This document shows, piece by piece, positions 37,124-46,155 of a stretch of 56,905 bases of DNA. Under the pieces are notes generated by a model. That model made no database searches and was not told the DNA's origin. It saw only the letters and a program-made list of their open reading frames with translations. A program made the position numbers and the translations under genes. The number at the start of each line of letters is the position of its first letter. The stretch's first letter is position 1. This DNA is from Chloroflexota bacterium (GTDB taxonomy: Bacteria; Chloroflexota; Limnocylindria; Limnocylindrales; CSP1-4), in assembly GCA_003141455.1 (NCBI GenBank), contig PLMA01000020.1, positions 1-56,905 on the forward strand. Direction: 5' to 3'.

Positions 37124-38113
37124 TCAGCCGGGCGAGCCCCGGCGCGTCGGGGCGAGGTACGAGGCCAGACCCTCTGCGAGCGGCATGAGGTGGCGGGGAA
37201 GTGCCGCGCTCAGCGGCCCCGTGTCTACCTGCGCAGACTGGACGACGAAGTCGATGGCGTCCGGGGTCATGGGTGGCGACGGCAGTAGCGTCAGAGGTCG
37301 GGTCAGTAGCTTCATCAGCCCGGCCGGGGCGTGGAGGATGAGCCGCCGCCGGCCCTGAATTCGCAGCGCCTCCCGGACCACGGCGTCCATCGTCAGAGTC
37401 TCCGGGCCGCCGACCTCCAGCGTCGCGTCGGTCGCGCCGGAGACCTCGAGCGCATCGGCGACCAGACGGCCCATGTCGTCGACGAAGACAGGGGCCACGA
37501 GCTGGCGGCCGTTGCCGATCTGGGGCACGAACGGCAGCCACCGGGCGAAGCCGAGGAATCGGTTGAGGGACCGATCGCCCGGGCCGTAGATCCAGCTTGG
37601 CCGGAAGATCGTGTACGGGATGCCGCTGGCCCGGACGGCCTCCTCGGCGCGCCACTTGGCCCGGAACCAGTGGCGGGGTGCATCCGCGGCGGCGCCCGCG
37701 CCGGACATGTAGACGAGACGCCGGACGCCGGCCGCTCCGGCGGCACTCACCAACGCCACGGTGCCATCGGCGTCGACGCGCTCGAACGTTCGGCCGCGAC
37801 GGGGCGCCTCGATCGGCGAGTTGCGGAAGGCGAGGCTGATCGCCAGCGCGTCGACGCCCGCCAGGGCGGCCTCGAGTCCGTGCGGCTGTGTGATGTCCGC
37901 ACGGCGCTGTTCGAAGGGTTGGACGAGTCCCTCGGACGGTCCCTCACCGGAACGCGCGGGCAATCGATGTGACAGGACCACCACCCGGTGACCCCGGCGC
38001 GCCAGCTCGCGGGCGATCGCGCCGCCCACGAATCCGGTTCCGCCGGCGACCGCCACGGTCATGCGGGGCAGCGGGACGGGTCCAGAGTCCACCGGGCTCC
38101 CAGAGTTTGTCAT
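37124..38113 (-). CDS. NDUFA9-like NAD(P)-dependent epimerase/dehydratase
   Basis: VAGGTGFVG, YMSGAGA, K..AEEAVRASG and RPSWIYGPGD motifs. Confidence 0.88.
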   Translation of the reverse strand: MTNSGSPVDSGPVPLPRMTVAVAGGTGFVGGAIARELARRGHRVVVLSHRLPARSGEGPSEGLVQPFEQRRADITQPHGLEAALAGVDALAISLAFRNSPIEAPRRGRTFERVDADGTVALVSAAGAAGVRRLVYMSGAGAAADAPRHWFRAKWRAEEAVRASGIPYTIFRPSWIYGPGDRSLNRFLGFARWLPFVPQIGNGRQLVAPVFVDDMGRLVADALEVSGATDATLEVGGPETLTMDAVVREALRIQGRRRLILHAPAGLMKLLTRPLTLLPSPPMTPDAIDFVVQSAQVDTGPLSAALPRHLMPLAEGLASYLAPTRRGSPG

Positions 38114-38235
38114 CGCGGCTCCTTCCCTGAATACGATTCGCGTCGCGGCCAGAACAGCGCCGCGCTCGTGGCCGGTACGGGCTCGAATCCGGCTTAGTCT
38201 CCGCGGTTCCTGCCGAAGCTCTCACCTAGTCCGCT

Positions 38236-38391
38236 GGTGACTACTATCCGCCACTTTTGCCGCCAGCCCAACAGGGAGTTCTCCTGCAAGTCGTCCAACA
38301 GCGGCCGCTTGAGCGTGGAGACGGGTCAGATTCGGATCCCCTGCGCGGTGGATTGGCCGGGGAGGGCGGCAGAATCTGGATAATAGTCGCC
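38236..38391 (+). ncRNA. candidate structured RNA or cis-regulatory leader upstream of LysE
   Basis: GGTGACTACTATCCG/TGGATAATAGTCGCC and TTTTGCCGCC/GGCGGCAGAA long-range stems with G-U pairs on the plus strand. Confidence 0.5.
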
Positions 38392-38552
38392 CCGTGAATG
38401 AATGAGCTGTCGGGGCATGCTGGGCGGGCGTCACGCCCGGGGCGGCGCGCGCACCCGGCCATGACACTCGATCCAGGATAGCCTTTGGCGCGAGCCCACC
38501 CCGGTCGATGTGCGCGGTCGTACGGGGCAAGGCAGCCGGAAGGATCGGGGAC

Positions 38553-39181
38553 TTGGATCTCGTTTGGTCGTTCGGACGGGGTTTCGTAATCGGCTTCGCC
38601 ATCGCGGCGGCCGTAGGCCCGATCGGGTTGCTGTGCATCCGCCGGACGCTCGCGGAGGGGCGCGCGATCGGCGCCGTCTCGGGGCTGGGAGCGGCCACGG
38701 CAGACGCCTTCTACGCCTCGATCGCGGCCTTCGGCCTGACCGCCCTCTCGGACCTGCTGATAGGAGCCCGCCGACCACTCGGCATCTTGGGCGGCTGTTT
38801 TCTCGTGATCCTGGCGATTCACTCGTTACTGCGTCCGGCGGTGGCGGCGGGCGATCGGCCGCCTCGCACGTTGCTGTCGGCCTATGCCACGACGGTGGGC
38901 CTCACGATCGCCAATCCGGCCACGATCCTCTCGTTCGCGGCAGCGTTCGTGGGCCTGGGCCTGGCCGGCCATTCGGCCACGATCGCCGCCGCCCTCGTCC
39001 TGGGGGGTCTTCTCCGGATCCGCGGCCTGGTGGATCGTGCTGGCGGCTGCCGTGTCGGCTTTCCGGAGCCGCCTCGGGCCGGCCGGGCTGCGTCGTCTGG
39101 CGGCGTCGTCTGGCGGCCGGTTCGTCGGTCTTGATAGGCCTGCTCGGCGGCCTGGCCATCGCCGCCAGTCTGGCGGCTTGA
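38553..39181 (+). pseudogene. LysE-family translocator with two frameshifts
   Basis: GFAIAAAVGPIGLLCIRRTL, GAATADAFY and ANPATILSF motifs; +1 G in a G6 run (39002-39007) and a 13-bp tandem duplication (39091-39116). Confidence 0.82.
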
Positions 39182-39330
39182 CCGCTCTTCGAGCTGATCT
39201 CATCCGGGTGGCGCAACCAGGGCCCCAAGGGTCGGCGGCCGGGTAAGCTAGCGGCAGGCGCGAGGCGGAGAGGCGTCTCGTCCGAGCCGGCGCAGCGCCG
39301 AGCTCCAGGCACGCAGGAGGAGGCGCGGGT

Positions 39331-40098
39331 ATGCGGCTCGAGGACAAGGTCTCCGTGATCACCGGCGCGGGCAGCGGGATGGGACGCGTAGCCGCCCTCC
39401 GGTTCGCCGCCGAGGGTTCGCGGGTCGTGGTCGCCGACAATCACGGCGAGGCGGCCGACGAGACCGTTCGTCAGGTCCGAGCGGCCGGCGGCGAGGCGAC
39501 GGCGGTCCGCGTCGACATCTCGATCGAGGGCGACGCGAAGGCCATGATCGACACGGCGATCGACCGCTACGGCAAGCTCGACGTCCTGTACAACAACGCC
39601 GGGATAATGCCCGAGGACGACCATTCGGTCGTGGACACCCCTGTCGAGGCCTGGGACCAGGTCATGGCCGTCAACGTCCGGGGCGTCTATCTGGCCTGCA
39701 AGTACGCCATCCCGCACATGGTCGAGCGCCATTCCGGATCCATCATCAACGTCTCGAGCTTTGTCGCGATTCTGGGCTGCTCGGTTCCGCAGGACGCGTA
39801 CACGGCGTCGAAAGGCGCCGTCCTTGCCCTGACACGGTCGCTGGCCGTCCAGTTCGCCCCGCAGGGCGTGAGAACGAACGCAATCCTGCCCGGTCCCGTC
39901 GAGACGCCGCTGCTGATGGATTGGCTGCTCAAGGACGAGGCCGCCAAGAAGCTGCGCCTGGCCCGGAACCCGACCGGCCGCTTCGGCAAGGCCGAGGAAG
40001 TCGCGGCCCTTGCGGTCTACCTCGCATCCGACGAATCGGCCTGGACGAACGGCGCCTCCCTGGTCATCGACGGCGGGACAAGTGTCAACTACTTCTGA
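39331..40098 (+). CDS. short-chain dehydrogenase/reductase
   Basis: TGAGSGMG, NNAG, YTASK and PGPVETP motifs; AGGAGG RBS. Confidence 0.93.
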   Translation: MRLEDKVSVITGAGSGMGRVAALRFAAEGSRVVVADNHGEAADETVRQVRAAGGEATAVRVDISIEGDAKAMIDTAIDRYGKLDVLYNNAGIMPEDDHSVVDTPVEAWDQVMAVNVRGVYLACKYAIPHMVERHSGSIINVSSFVAILGCSVPQDAYTASKGAVLALTRSLAVQFAPQGVRTNAILPGPVETPLLMDWLLKDEAAKKLRLARNPTGRFGKAEEVAALAVYLASDESAWTNGASLVIDGGTSVNYF

Positions 40099-40172
40099 GC
40101 TCAACCAAGCCACCGAACTACCGAACGACGAATCGGCCATAGGCCGATCGAGGAGCCAGACGAGGAGGGCCT

Positions 40173-41033
40173 GTGGCAACTGAATACAAGTCGAGCGCGA
40201 CGGGTGTCACGCCGGAGGAGGTAGAGCCGGGCGATCTTGCCATCGGCCTCGACTTCGGGGGCAGTGGCATCAAGGGCGCCGTGGTCGACGTGGCCAACGG
40301 CCGACTCGTCGGCGATCGTCTGCGAGCCCCCACGCCCCAACCCTCGCTCCCGCGTGAAGTCGTCGCGGTGATGGACGGCCTGGTTCGGCGGCTGGCGTCG
40401 CCGTGGGATCCACGCGAGGGAGATGCGTTTCCCGTCGGCGTGGGCATCCCGACCGCCATCCGCCACGGGGCCACGGTCACGGCGGCCAACATCGATTCGA
40501 GCTGGATCGGATTCCCCGCCGAGCGCGAAATGAGCCTGGCCATGAACCGGATAGTGGCCATCGGCAACGACGCAGACGTGGCGGGCCTGGCCGAGGTGCA
40601 TCTGGGCGCCGGACGCGACAAGTCCGGCCTGGTGATCGTGCTCACCATCGGAACCGGGGTCGGCTCGGCCTTGTTCGTGGACGGCACGCTGGTACCCAAC
40701 ACCGAGCTCGGCCACATGGAAATGAGGGGCCGCGATGCCGAGGAGCGGATGTCGGAGGCGGCACGGGATCGCCTGGGCCTGAGCTGGAAGGATTGGGCTG
40801 TCGGCCTGGACGACTACCTGCACTTGCTCGAACGGCTCTTCTGGCCGGAGCTATTCATCCTCGGAGGCGGAGCCTCGAAGCGGGCCGACAACTACCTGTC
40901 CTACCTGACGGTCAAGACACCCATCGCCCTGGCGTCGTTCCGAAACAACGCGGGGATCGTGGGAGCCGCGCTTATCGCCTACGAGCGGCGCTCCCGAACC
41001 CCGGTCCCGATGGCCCGCCAGCCCTTCTCGTAG
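40173..41033 (+). CDS. ppgK: polyphosphate glucokinase (ROK family)
   Basis: GLDFGGSGIKGA, NDADVAGLAE, TIGTGVGSA and PNTELGH motifs. Confidence 0.9.
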   Translation: MATEYKSSATGVTPEEVEPGDLAIGLDFGGSGIKGAVVDVANGRLVGDRLRAPTPQPSLPREVVAVMDGLVRRLASPWDPREGDAFPVGVGIPTAIRHGATVTAANIDSSWIGFPAEREMSLAMNRIVAIGNDADVAGLAEVHLGAGRDKSGLVIVLTIGTGVGSALFVDGTLVPNTELGHMEMRGRDAEERMSEAARDRLGLSWKDWAVGLDDYLHLLERLFWPELFILGGGASKRADNYLSYLTVKTPIALASFRNNAGIVGAALIAYERRSRTPVPMARQPFS

Positions 41034-41235
41034 CGAATCAGGGATCGGCGCCAGAACGCGGTCAGGCAAAGGTGCGGCCGTCTCGGATGCGGAGCCCGAC
41101 ATGACGCTGCCCTCCGCCGGGCCACCAGACGACCGCCCCCGGCCCCTTGCGGGCGCCCCAATCCCTCCCGGCGTAGGATTGGCCACGCCAGTCAACGAGG
41201 GGCAGTCAGTCCTCGCCCCAGTTCGAGGTGATGAG

Positions 41236-41634
41236 ATGGGATCGGAAGATCAAACGGGTTCGGGCGCCGAGCAGCAGGACGCCAACGGCCGGAGTTCTCG
41301 CCGAGAGCAGGCAGCGCGGGCCCGAGAGCTCGGTGAGCGCTGGGTCGGCCAGCTCCAGGAGATGATCGATCAGGCCGGGCGGCAGGCCGGGCCGGTGCTT
41401 CGCGACGTGGCCGCCAAGGCCGCCGAACTCGCCGCGGTTGCGGCAGAGAACGCGGGTCCCGTGGCCCACAAGGCGGCCTCCGTGACCGAGCATGTCGGCG
41501 ACAGACTCGCGGCGCGGAGCAAGGACCTGGCCGCGGACCTTCGCCGCGCGGCCGAGGCAGCTCGGGCCCACGCGGCCCAGAGCACCGAGCCGCCGGCAGA
41601 AGGACCCGGGCCGGACGAGGGCCCCAAGGCATAA
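41236..41634 (+). CDS. hypothetical alanine-rich helical protein
   Basis: GAGGTG RBS and amphipathic helical sequence; family not recognised. Confidence 0.65.
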   Translation: MGSEDQTGSGAEQQDANGRSSRREQAARARELGERWVGQLQEMIDQAGRQAGPVLRDVAAKAAELAAVAAENAGPVAHKAASVTEHVGDRLAARSKDLAADLRRAAEAARAHAAQSTEPPAEGPGPDEGPKA

Positions 41635-41691
41635 CTTCGCTCCGTGTCGCTGCGGAATAGCCCGCGGGACAGCGCCGGTGGCGCCCCGAGC

Positions 41692-42477
41692 CTACAAGCG
41701 GCCGACGCGCGCCCTGAAGACCTCGGTGCCGTTCTCGCGGCTGAGCCGGCATGCCCAGCCACCGTCGTGCGGCCACGCCCGGCCAACGAGCAACTCGTCG
41801 CGGGCGGCGGATGCCGCGAAGTCCAGCGCGTACCGCCGGGGCGTCGCCCGCAGCAGCTCACCCTGGCCCGCGCCCTCGAGCGCTTCCTCCACGTAGTCGA
41901 CGTAGACGCTGTTGTTGACGTGGTCGAGCGGATCCAAGTCGCGCCGCCGCACGTGGAACCGCCGCTCGAATGCGTCTGGTGGCGCGGCCGGCAGTGCCAC
42001 CTTGTGCATCTCGATGGCCGGCGTCTCCGCCGCCACGAACTTGAGGAAGTCCGCCGGCACGCGGGTGGGGATGCCGCGCTCGTTGGTCATGACCCAGTCG
42101 ATCAGCAGGCGCGCCGCCAGCTCGCCCGAGGGATCGCGCACCTCGCTCTCCCGGCGGGCGGCCACGCGGCGGTAGCCGAGCACCTGCGTGCTGACCAGCA
42201 TTCCCGCGTAGGTCGGGATCGGCCGCAAGACGTCGAGCTGAATCGCTCGGACGAGCCAGTACAGTCCCCGCTCCGCATACCATTCGCGCCCGAAGCCAAG
42301 CTCCGTCGAGTGCTGCCACGCGATGTCTGCGGCCCAGGCCAGGTAGATCGCCGTCCGCATCGACTCGCTCGCGGTCGCTTCTTCGAACCGGACGCGATAC
42401 GGCCGGACGATCCGGTACGGCAGCCGGTCCTCGAGAAGGGCCAGGGGCGCCGCCTCGTCCGCCGGCAGGTCGTTCAC
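41692..42477 (-). CDS. acyl-ACP thioesterase (double hotdog)
   Basis: YRVRFEE, WLVR and RRRDLDPLDHVNNSVYVDYVEE motifs. Confidence 0.88.
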   Translation of the reverse strand: MNDLPADEAAPLALLEDRLPYRIVRPYRVRFEEATASESMRTAIYLAWAADIAWQHSTELGFGREWYAERGLYWLVRAIQLDVLRPIPTYAGMLVSTQVLGYRRVAARRESEVRDPSGELAARLLIDWVMTNERGIPTRVPADFLKFVAAETPAIEMHKVALPAAPPDAFERRFHVRRRDLDPLDHVNNSVYVDYVEEALEGAGQGELLRATPRRYALDFAASAARDELLVGRAWPHDGGWACRLSRENGTEVFRARVGRL

Positions 42478-43142
42478 GCTCTCTTCTCCGCCAGCGTGTC
42501 CAGCCCTTCCAGGGCGACCAACCAGGTCCCGCCGTGCTCGGCCGTGGATCGGGCGAGCCGAAGCTCGCAGGAGACGCGGGCGTCGAACACCACGATCGCG
42601 ACCGCCAGTTCGACGTCCTCATCGGCCGCATGCCTGCGGGCGTCATCCAGCTGGTTCAGGACGTCGGCGTTGATCCCGCGGGCGCCCCACTTGCAGTCGT
42701 AGACCTCGGGCTTGTCGCCCGACTCCACGGTGACGTCGTAGGGGTGGATCTCGGCCCGCACTCCGTCGAACAGAACGCGCCGTTCTCGACGGACCGCCGT
42801 GGCGCGGCCGGCCAGCAGGCGGGCCGCGAGCTCCTCGACGATTGCCCCGCGATACTGGCTGCGGGCGGCATCGCCCCGACTCGCGACCCCCAGGCTGGCA
42901 TCGAGAACGCGGGCGGCGTGGTCGCGCAAGGCCGGATCCGCGGCCGGGCCGAAGAGCAACGGAAAGATGCGCCGCCAGGGCTCCGGATCGGTCCGCTCGC
43001 CGTTCATCACCGCCCGGGCCAGCCACCGCTCCGCGGCCATCCCTTCGGCGAGAAGGGATGCCACGTGGGCCACGAGCGGGTCCGCCTGGATTCCGGCGTA
43101 CACGACGGCGCGAGCGTCCGGTGCGGCGTCCTGGAACCTCAT
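42474..43142 (-). CDS. hypothetical protein with PD-(D/E)XK nuclease-like motif
   Basis: GAIVEELA...HPYDVTV...EVYDCKWG; 4-nt overlaps with both neighbours. Confidence 0.6.
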   Translation of the reverse strand: MRFQDAAPDARAVVYAGIQADPLVAHVASLLAEGMAAERWLARAVMNGERTDPEPWRRIFPLLFGPAADPALRDHAARVLDASLGVASRGDAARSQYRGAIVEELAARLLAGRATAVRRERRVLFDGVRAEIHPYDVTVESGDKPEVYDCKWGARGINADVLNQLDDARRHAADEDVELAVAIVVFDARVSCELRLARSTAEHGGTWLVALEGLDTLAEKRA

Positions 43143-43552
43143 CGATCGCCCCCCAGCAGGATTCGGAAGGGCGAATCCTCGTCCGGCTCCGGCTCGGGAG
43201 GCGCGGCGTCGTCCGGCGGGGCGACCTCGCTCGGCCGGTCCACGTCGCCGCCGACCGCCAGGGCGACGACGTGCGGGAAGGTCGAGAGCCAATCGATCGC
43301 CTTGTGAGGGTCCGTGATCGACGCGATTTCGGCGATCGCCTCGTCCACCGCCACCACCACTTCGAGTTCGAGTTCGGCATCGCGCCCGGCCAGCATTCGA
43401 ATGCCCGGCAGGTAGGCATCGACCAGGTCCGTCACGTACTGCCACTCGTCCTCGATCGTCTCCGCCAGGTCGGCCAGGGCGCGGTACGCGGCGGCGGCGC
43501 GCTCGATGACATCGGGTGGCTGGGGCGAGGTCGGTTCAGATTGACTGCTCAC
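43139..43552 (-). CDS. small acidic helical hypothetical protein (leaderless)
   Basis: TACGCT -10 lies 6 nt before GTG; EDEWQYV and DPHKAIDWLSTFP segments; stop overlaps the next ATG. Confidence 0.7.
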   Translation of the reverse strand: MSSQSEPTSPQPPDVIERAAAAYRALADLAETIEDEWQYVTDLVDAYLPGIRMLAGRDAELELEVVVAVDEAIAEIASITDPHKAIDWLSTFPHVVALAVGGDVDRPSEVAPPDDAAPPEPEPDEDSPFRILLGGDR

Positions 43553-43739
43553 AGGCCAAGCGTAGCGGATGCACGCCTGGCTGGACCTGAGGCCCTCCGA
43601 TTCGCTCCTGGCCCGGTTCGAGGCATGGCCCGGCGAGCGCCGCGGGACCGTCGCCGAACGGCAGGGGCAAATGGGGAGACAATCGCACTTGTAGTGCGCC
43701 CGCGATAATCGGACGCGCGCCCAATCTCCGGAGGTCGAG

Positions 43740-44531
43740 ATGGATCTGGGGCTTCGCGGCCGGACGGCCCTCGTCGGGGGCGCCTCGGCCGGACTCGGGC
43801 GGGCGAGCGCGGAGCGGCTTGCCGGGGAGGGGTGCCGGCTGGCGTTGTGGTCGCGCGGCGGAGAGGGGCTCGAGCGAGCAGCGCAAGAGATCCGCGAGAC
43901 CCACTCCGCAGAGGTAGTCACGATCTCCGGCGACGCGTCCGAGCCGGAGACTGCGGCGAGAGTCGCCGCCGCTGCGGTGAAGGCACTAGGGCAGATCGAC
44001 ATCCTGGTTCTCAACGCCGGCGGGCCGCCCGCTTCCGACGCGACTCGAACGGATGCGGCCGAATGGCGCCGTTCATTCCAGCTCCTGGCCATTACGCCGA
44101 TCGAGCTGGCGACCCTGCTTCTGCCCGGGATGCGCGAGCGCGGCTGGGGCCGGATCGTCGCGATCATGTCGTCGGGCGTACGCCAGCCGACCCCCGAGCT
44201 GGCCTACTCGAGCGCCTGCCGGAGCGCCCTGCAAGCCTGGCTCAAGACCATCGCGCCACAGGTCATCGGCAGCGGCGTGACCGTCAACGGCGTCCTGCCC
44301 GGCCGGCTCGACACGGCCCGGGTAGCCTCCCTGGATAGCGCCCGGGCCGAAAGGGCGGGCATGACGCCCCAGGAGGTTCGGGCGCAGTTCGAACGATCGA
44401 TCCCGGCCGGTCGCTACGGCATCCCCGACGAGCTGGGCGCCTACGTTGCCTGGCTGTGCTCAGACCCGGCCCGCTACCAGACGGGCACGTTCGTTCCGAT
44501 CGACGGCGGGATGCTCCGCGCCCTGCCGTAA
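43740..44531 (+). CDS. short-chain dehydrogenase/reductase
   Basis: MDLGLRGRTALVGGASAGLG, NAGGPP, IPAGRYG and IDGG motifs; GGAGG RBS. Confidence 0.93.
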   Translation: MDLGLRGRTALVGGASAGLGRASAERLAGEGCRLALWSRGGEGLERAAQEIRETHSAEVVTISGDASEPETAARVAAAAVKALGQIDILVLNAGGPPASDATRTDAAEWRRSFQLLAITPIELATLLLPGMRERGWGRIVAIMSSGVRQPTPELAYSSACRSALQAWLKTIAPQVIGSGVTVNGVLPGRLDTARVASLDSARAERAGMTPQEVRAQFERSIPAGRYGIPDELGAYVAWLCSDPARYQTGTFVPIDGGMLRALP

Positions 44532-44534
44532 GCG

Positions 44535-44840
44535 CTAGTCGCCGCGGTGGCCCGAGGAGCGAAGCCCAAAGCTGCCCCAGTTGCCGGTGTACGGCAGCCA
44601 GTCCTCCGCGACCTGCTCCACGATCGACGATGCGGGGCCCTCGTGAAGCATCTCCAAAAGCTGCTCGAGTTCCTGGCGAGGACCCTCGGCGACGCACCGG
44701 ACGCTGCCATCTTGTTCGTTGGAAACCCAACCTGTGAGGCCCAGATGGGTTGCCCGGGTCAGGACGAAGTAGCGGAAGCCGACGCCGTGGACGCGCCCCC
44801 GAACACTCGCCTCCAGGCGGGCCAGCTCGCCTCGACTCAT
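44535..44840 (-). CDS. acyP: acylphosphatase
   Basis: VRGRVHGVGFR and GLTGWVSNEQDGSV..VAEG motifs. Confidence 0.92.
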   Translation of the reverse strand: MSRGELARLEASVRGRVHGVGFRYFVLTRATHLGLTGWVSNEQDGSVRCVAEGPRQELEQLLEMLHEGPASSIVEQVAEDWLPYTGNWGSFGLRSSGHRGD

Positions 44841-46093
44841 CGATGCGCTCCGGCGGTCGTGCCCGCCGACCCTAGCTGGTCGGGACGCGGCCAGGAGAGG
44901 GCCAGGACATCCAGCGCGAGTTCGGGGTTGACGTTGTCGTCGAGCTGACCGGCCACGTCCCACAACCGCGCCATGAAAGCGGTCAGGCTCGCGACATCGA
45001 GCGCTGCCGCGGACGCCCGGATCTCCTCGACCAGCTCGGTCTCGCGCAGCTGGCGCACCCCGCCGCTGCGGGCTACCGCCAGGTCGCGACCGATCGAGGC
45101 CCATGTCTCCATGAGAGTGACCGCGGCGGATCGTCGATCCGAGGCCGCCATCCGGGGAGTTGCTGGCTCGTCCTTCGCGGCGCCGTCGCCAGCCGCCTCT
45201 TCGCCCTCGGCCGCGGTGATCGCGGTGGCGGCGGCAACGGCTGAGCCTCGACCCTTCCGCCGCCGCGGCGCGGCACCGGCCTCTCCGGCCGCCGGCTCGG
45301 AGGTTCCGCCGCGTCGCCCTTCCTCCAGCGCTGCATCGAGAGACGCCGCGGACTTCAGCAGGTCCCTGACCGAGGCCAGACGTGCCTGGCGCCCCTCGGC
45401 GATCATGTCCAGCAGGCCTCGCGCAATCTCGCCCCGGAGGCGCTCCGCGTCGGTGGATCGGGCGTAGGCAAGAGCGAGGCCCGGCCGGCCGCCGGCGAGT
45501 CGGGCCAGCCTGGCGGCTCGGGGTGCCTCAGCGACCCCCAGCTCGCCGAGCCAGCGTTCGATCTCCCGGACGGCCACGACCCCCAGGCGGACTCGGGCGC
45601 AGCGAGACCGAACCGTGGGCAGGAGGCACTCCTCGTCGTCCGCGCAGAGGATGATCGTGACGCCGACCGGCGGCTCTTCGAGCGTCTTGAGAAGCGCGTT
45701 CTGGGACTCTTCGTTGAGGCGATGGGCCTGCTCGACGATTGCGACTCGCGCTCCGCCTTCTGCGGAATGGAGCGCCAGCTCGCTGATTAGATGGCGAACC
45801 GTGCCCGGCTCGGGGTTCGTGGCCGCGCCTATCCGAACCTGCCCGCCGGGGCCTTCGGGAGCGAGGCGGTGGAGGTCCGCGTGATTGCCGGTCGCCACCA
45901 GGCGGCAACCTCGGCAGGCCCGACACGGCCGCGCGCCCGGATCCGGGTCGAGGCACAGCAGGCCCGCGGCCAGGTCAAGGGCGAGCGTCGTCTTGCCGGC
46001 CGAGCCCGGACCCACGAGCAGCACGGCATGCGGGGTGCGGCCGAGGAGCATAGTGCGAACCTCGGCCAGGGCCCGCGGCTGGCCACGAGTCAT
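44837..46093 (-). CDS. holB: DNA polymerase III subunit delta' (start uncertain)
   Basis: HAVLLVGP..AGKT, C..C..C zinc site, NALLKTLEEPP, LPTVRSRC and NVNPELAL motifs. Confidence 0.9.
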   Translation of the reverse strand: MTRGQPRALAEVRTMLLGRTPHAVLLVGPGSAGKTTLALDLAAGLLCLDPDPGARPCRACRGCRLVATGNHADLHRLAPEGPGGQVRIGAATNPEPGTVRHLISELALHSAEGGARVAIVEQAHRLNEESQNALLKTLEEPPVGVTIILCADDEECLLPTVRSRCARVRLGVVAVREIERWLGELGVAEAPRAARLARLAGGRPGLALAYARSTDAERLRGEIARGLLDMIAEGRQARLASVRDLLKSAASLDAALEEGRRGGTSEPAAGEAGAAPRRRKGRGSAVAAATAITAAEGEEAAGDGAAKDEPATPRMAASDRRSAAVTLMETWASIGRDLAVARSGGVRQLRETELVEEIRASAAALDVASLTAFMARLWDVAGQLDDNVNPELALDVLALSWPRPDQLGSAGTTAGAHR

Positions 46094-46155
46094 CGGGCTG
46101 CCGATCGGCGCGGTCACGGACCGGACTCGATTGGCTTGAGTCGGCAAGCCGGCGA

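Noticed and set aside
38236-38391. SRP RNA
   Set aside because: No CAGG..GNRA..AGCAG helix-8 motif on either strand.
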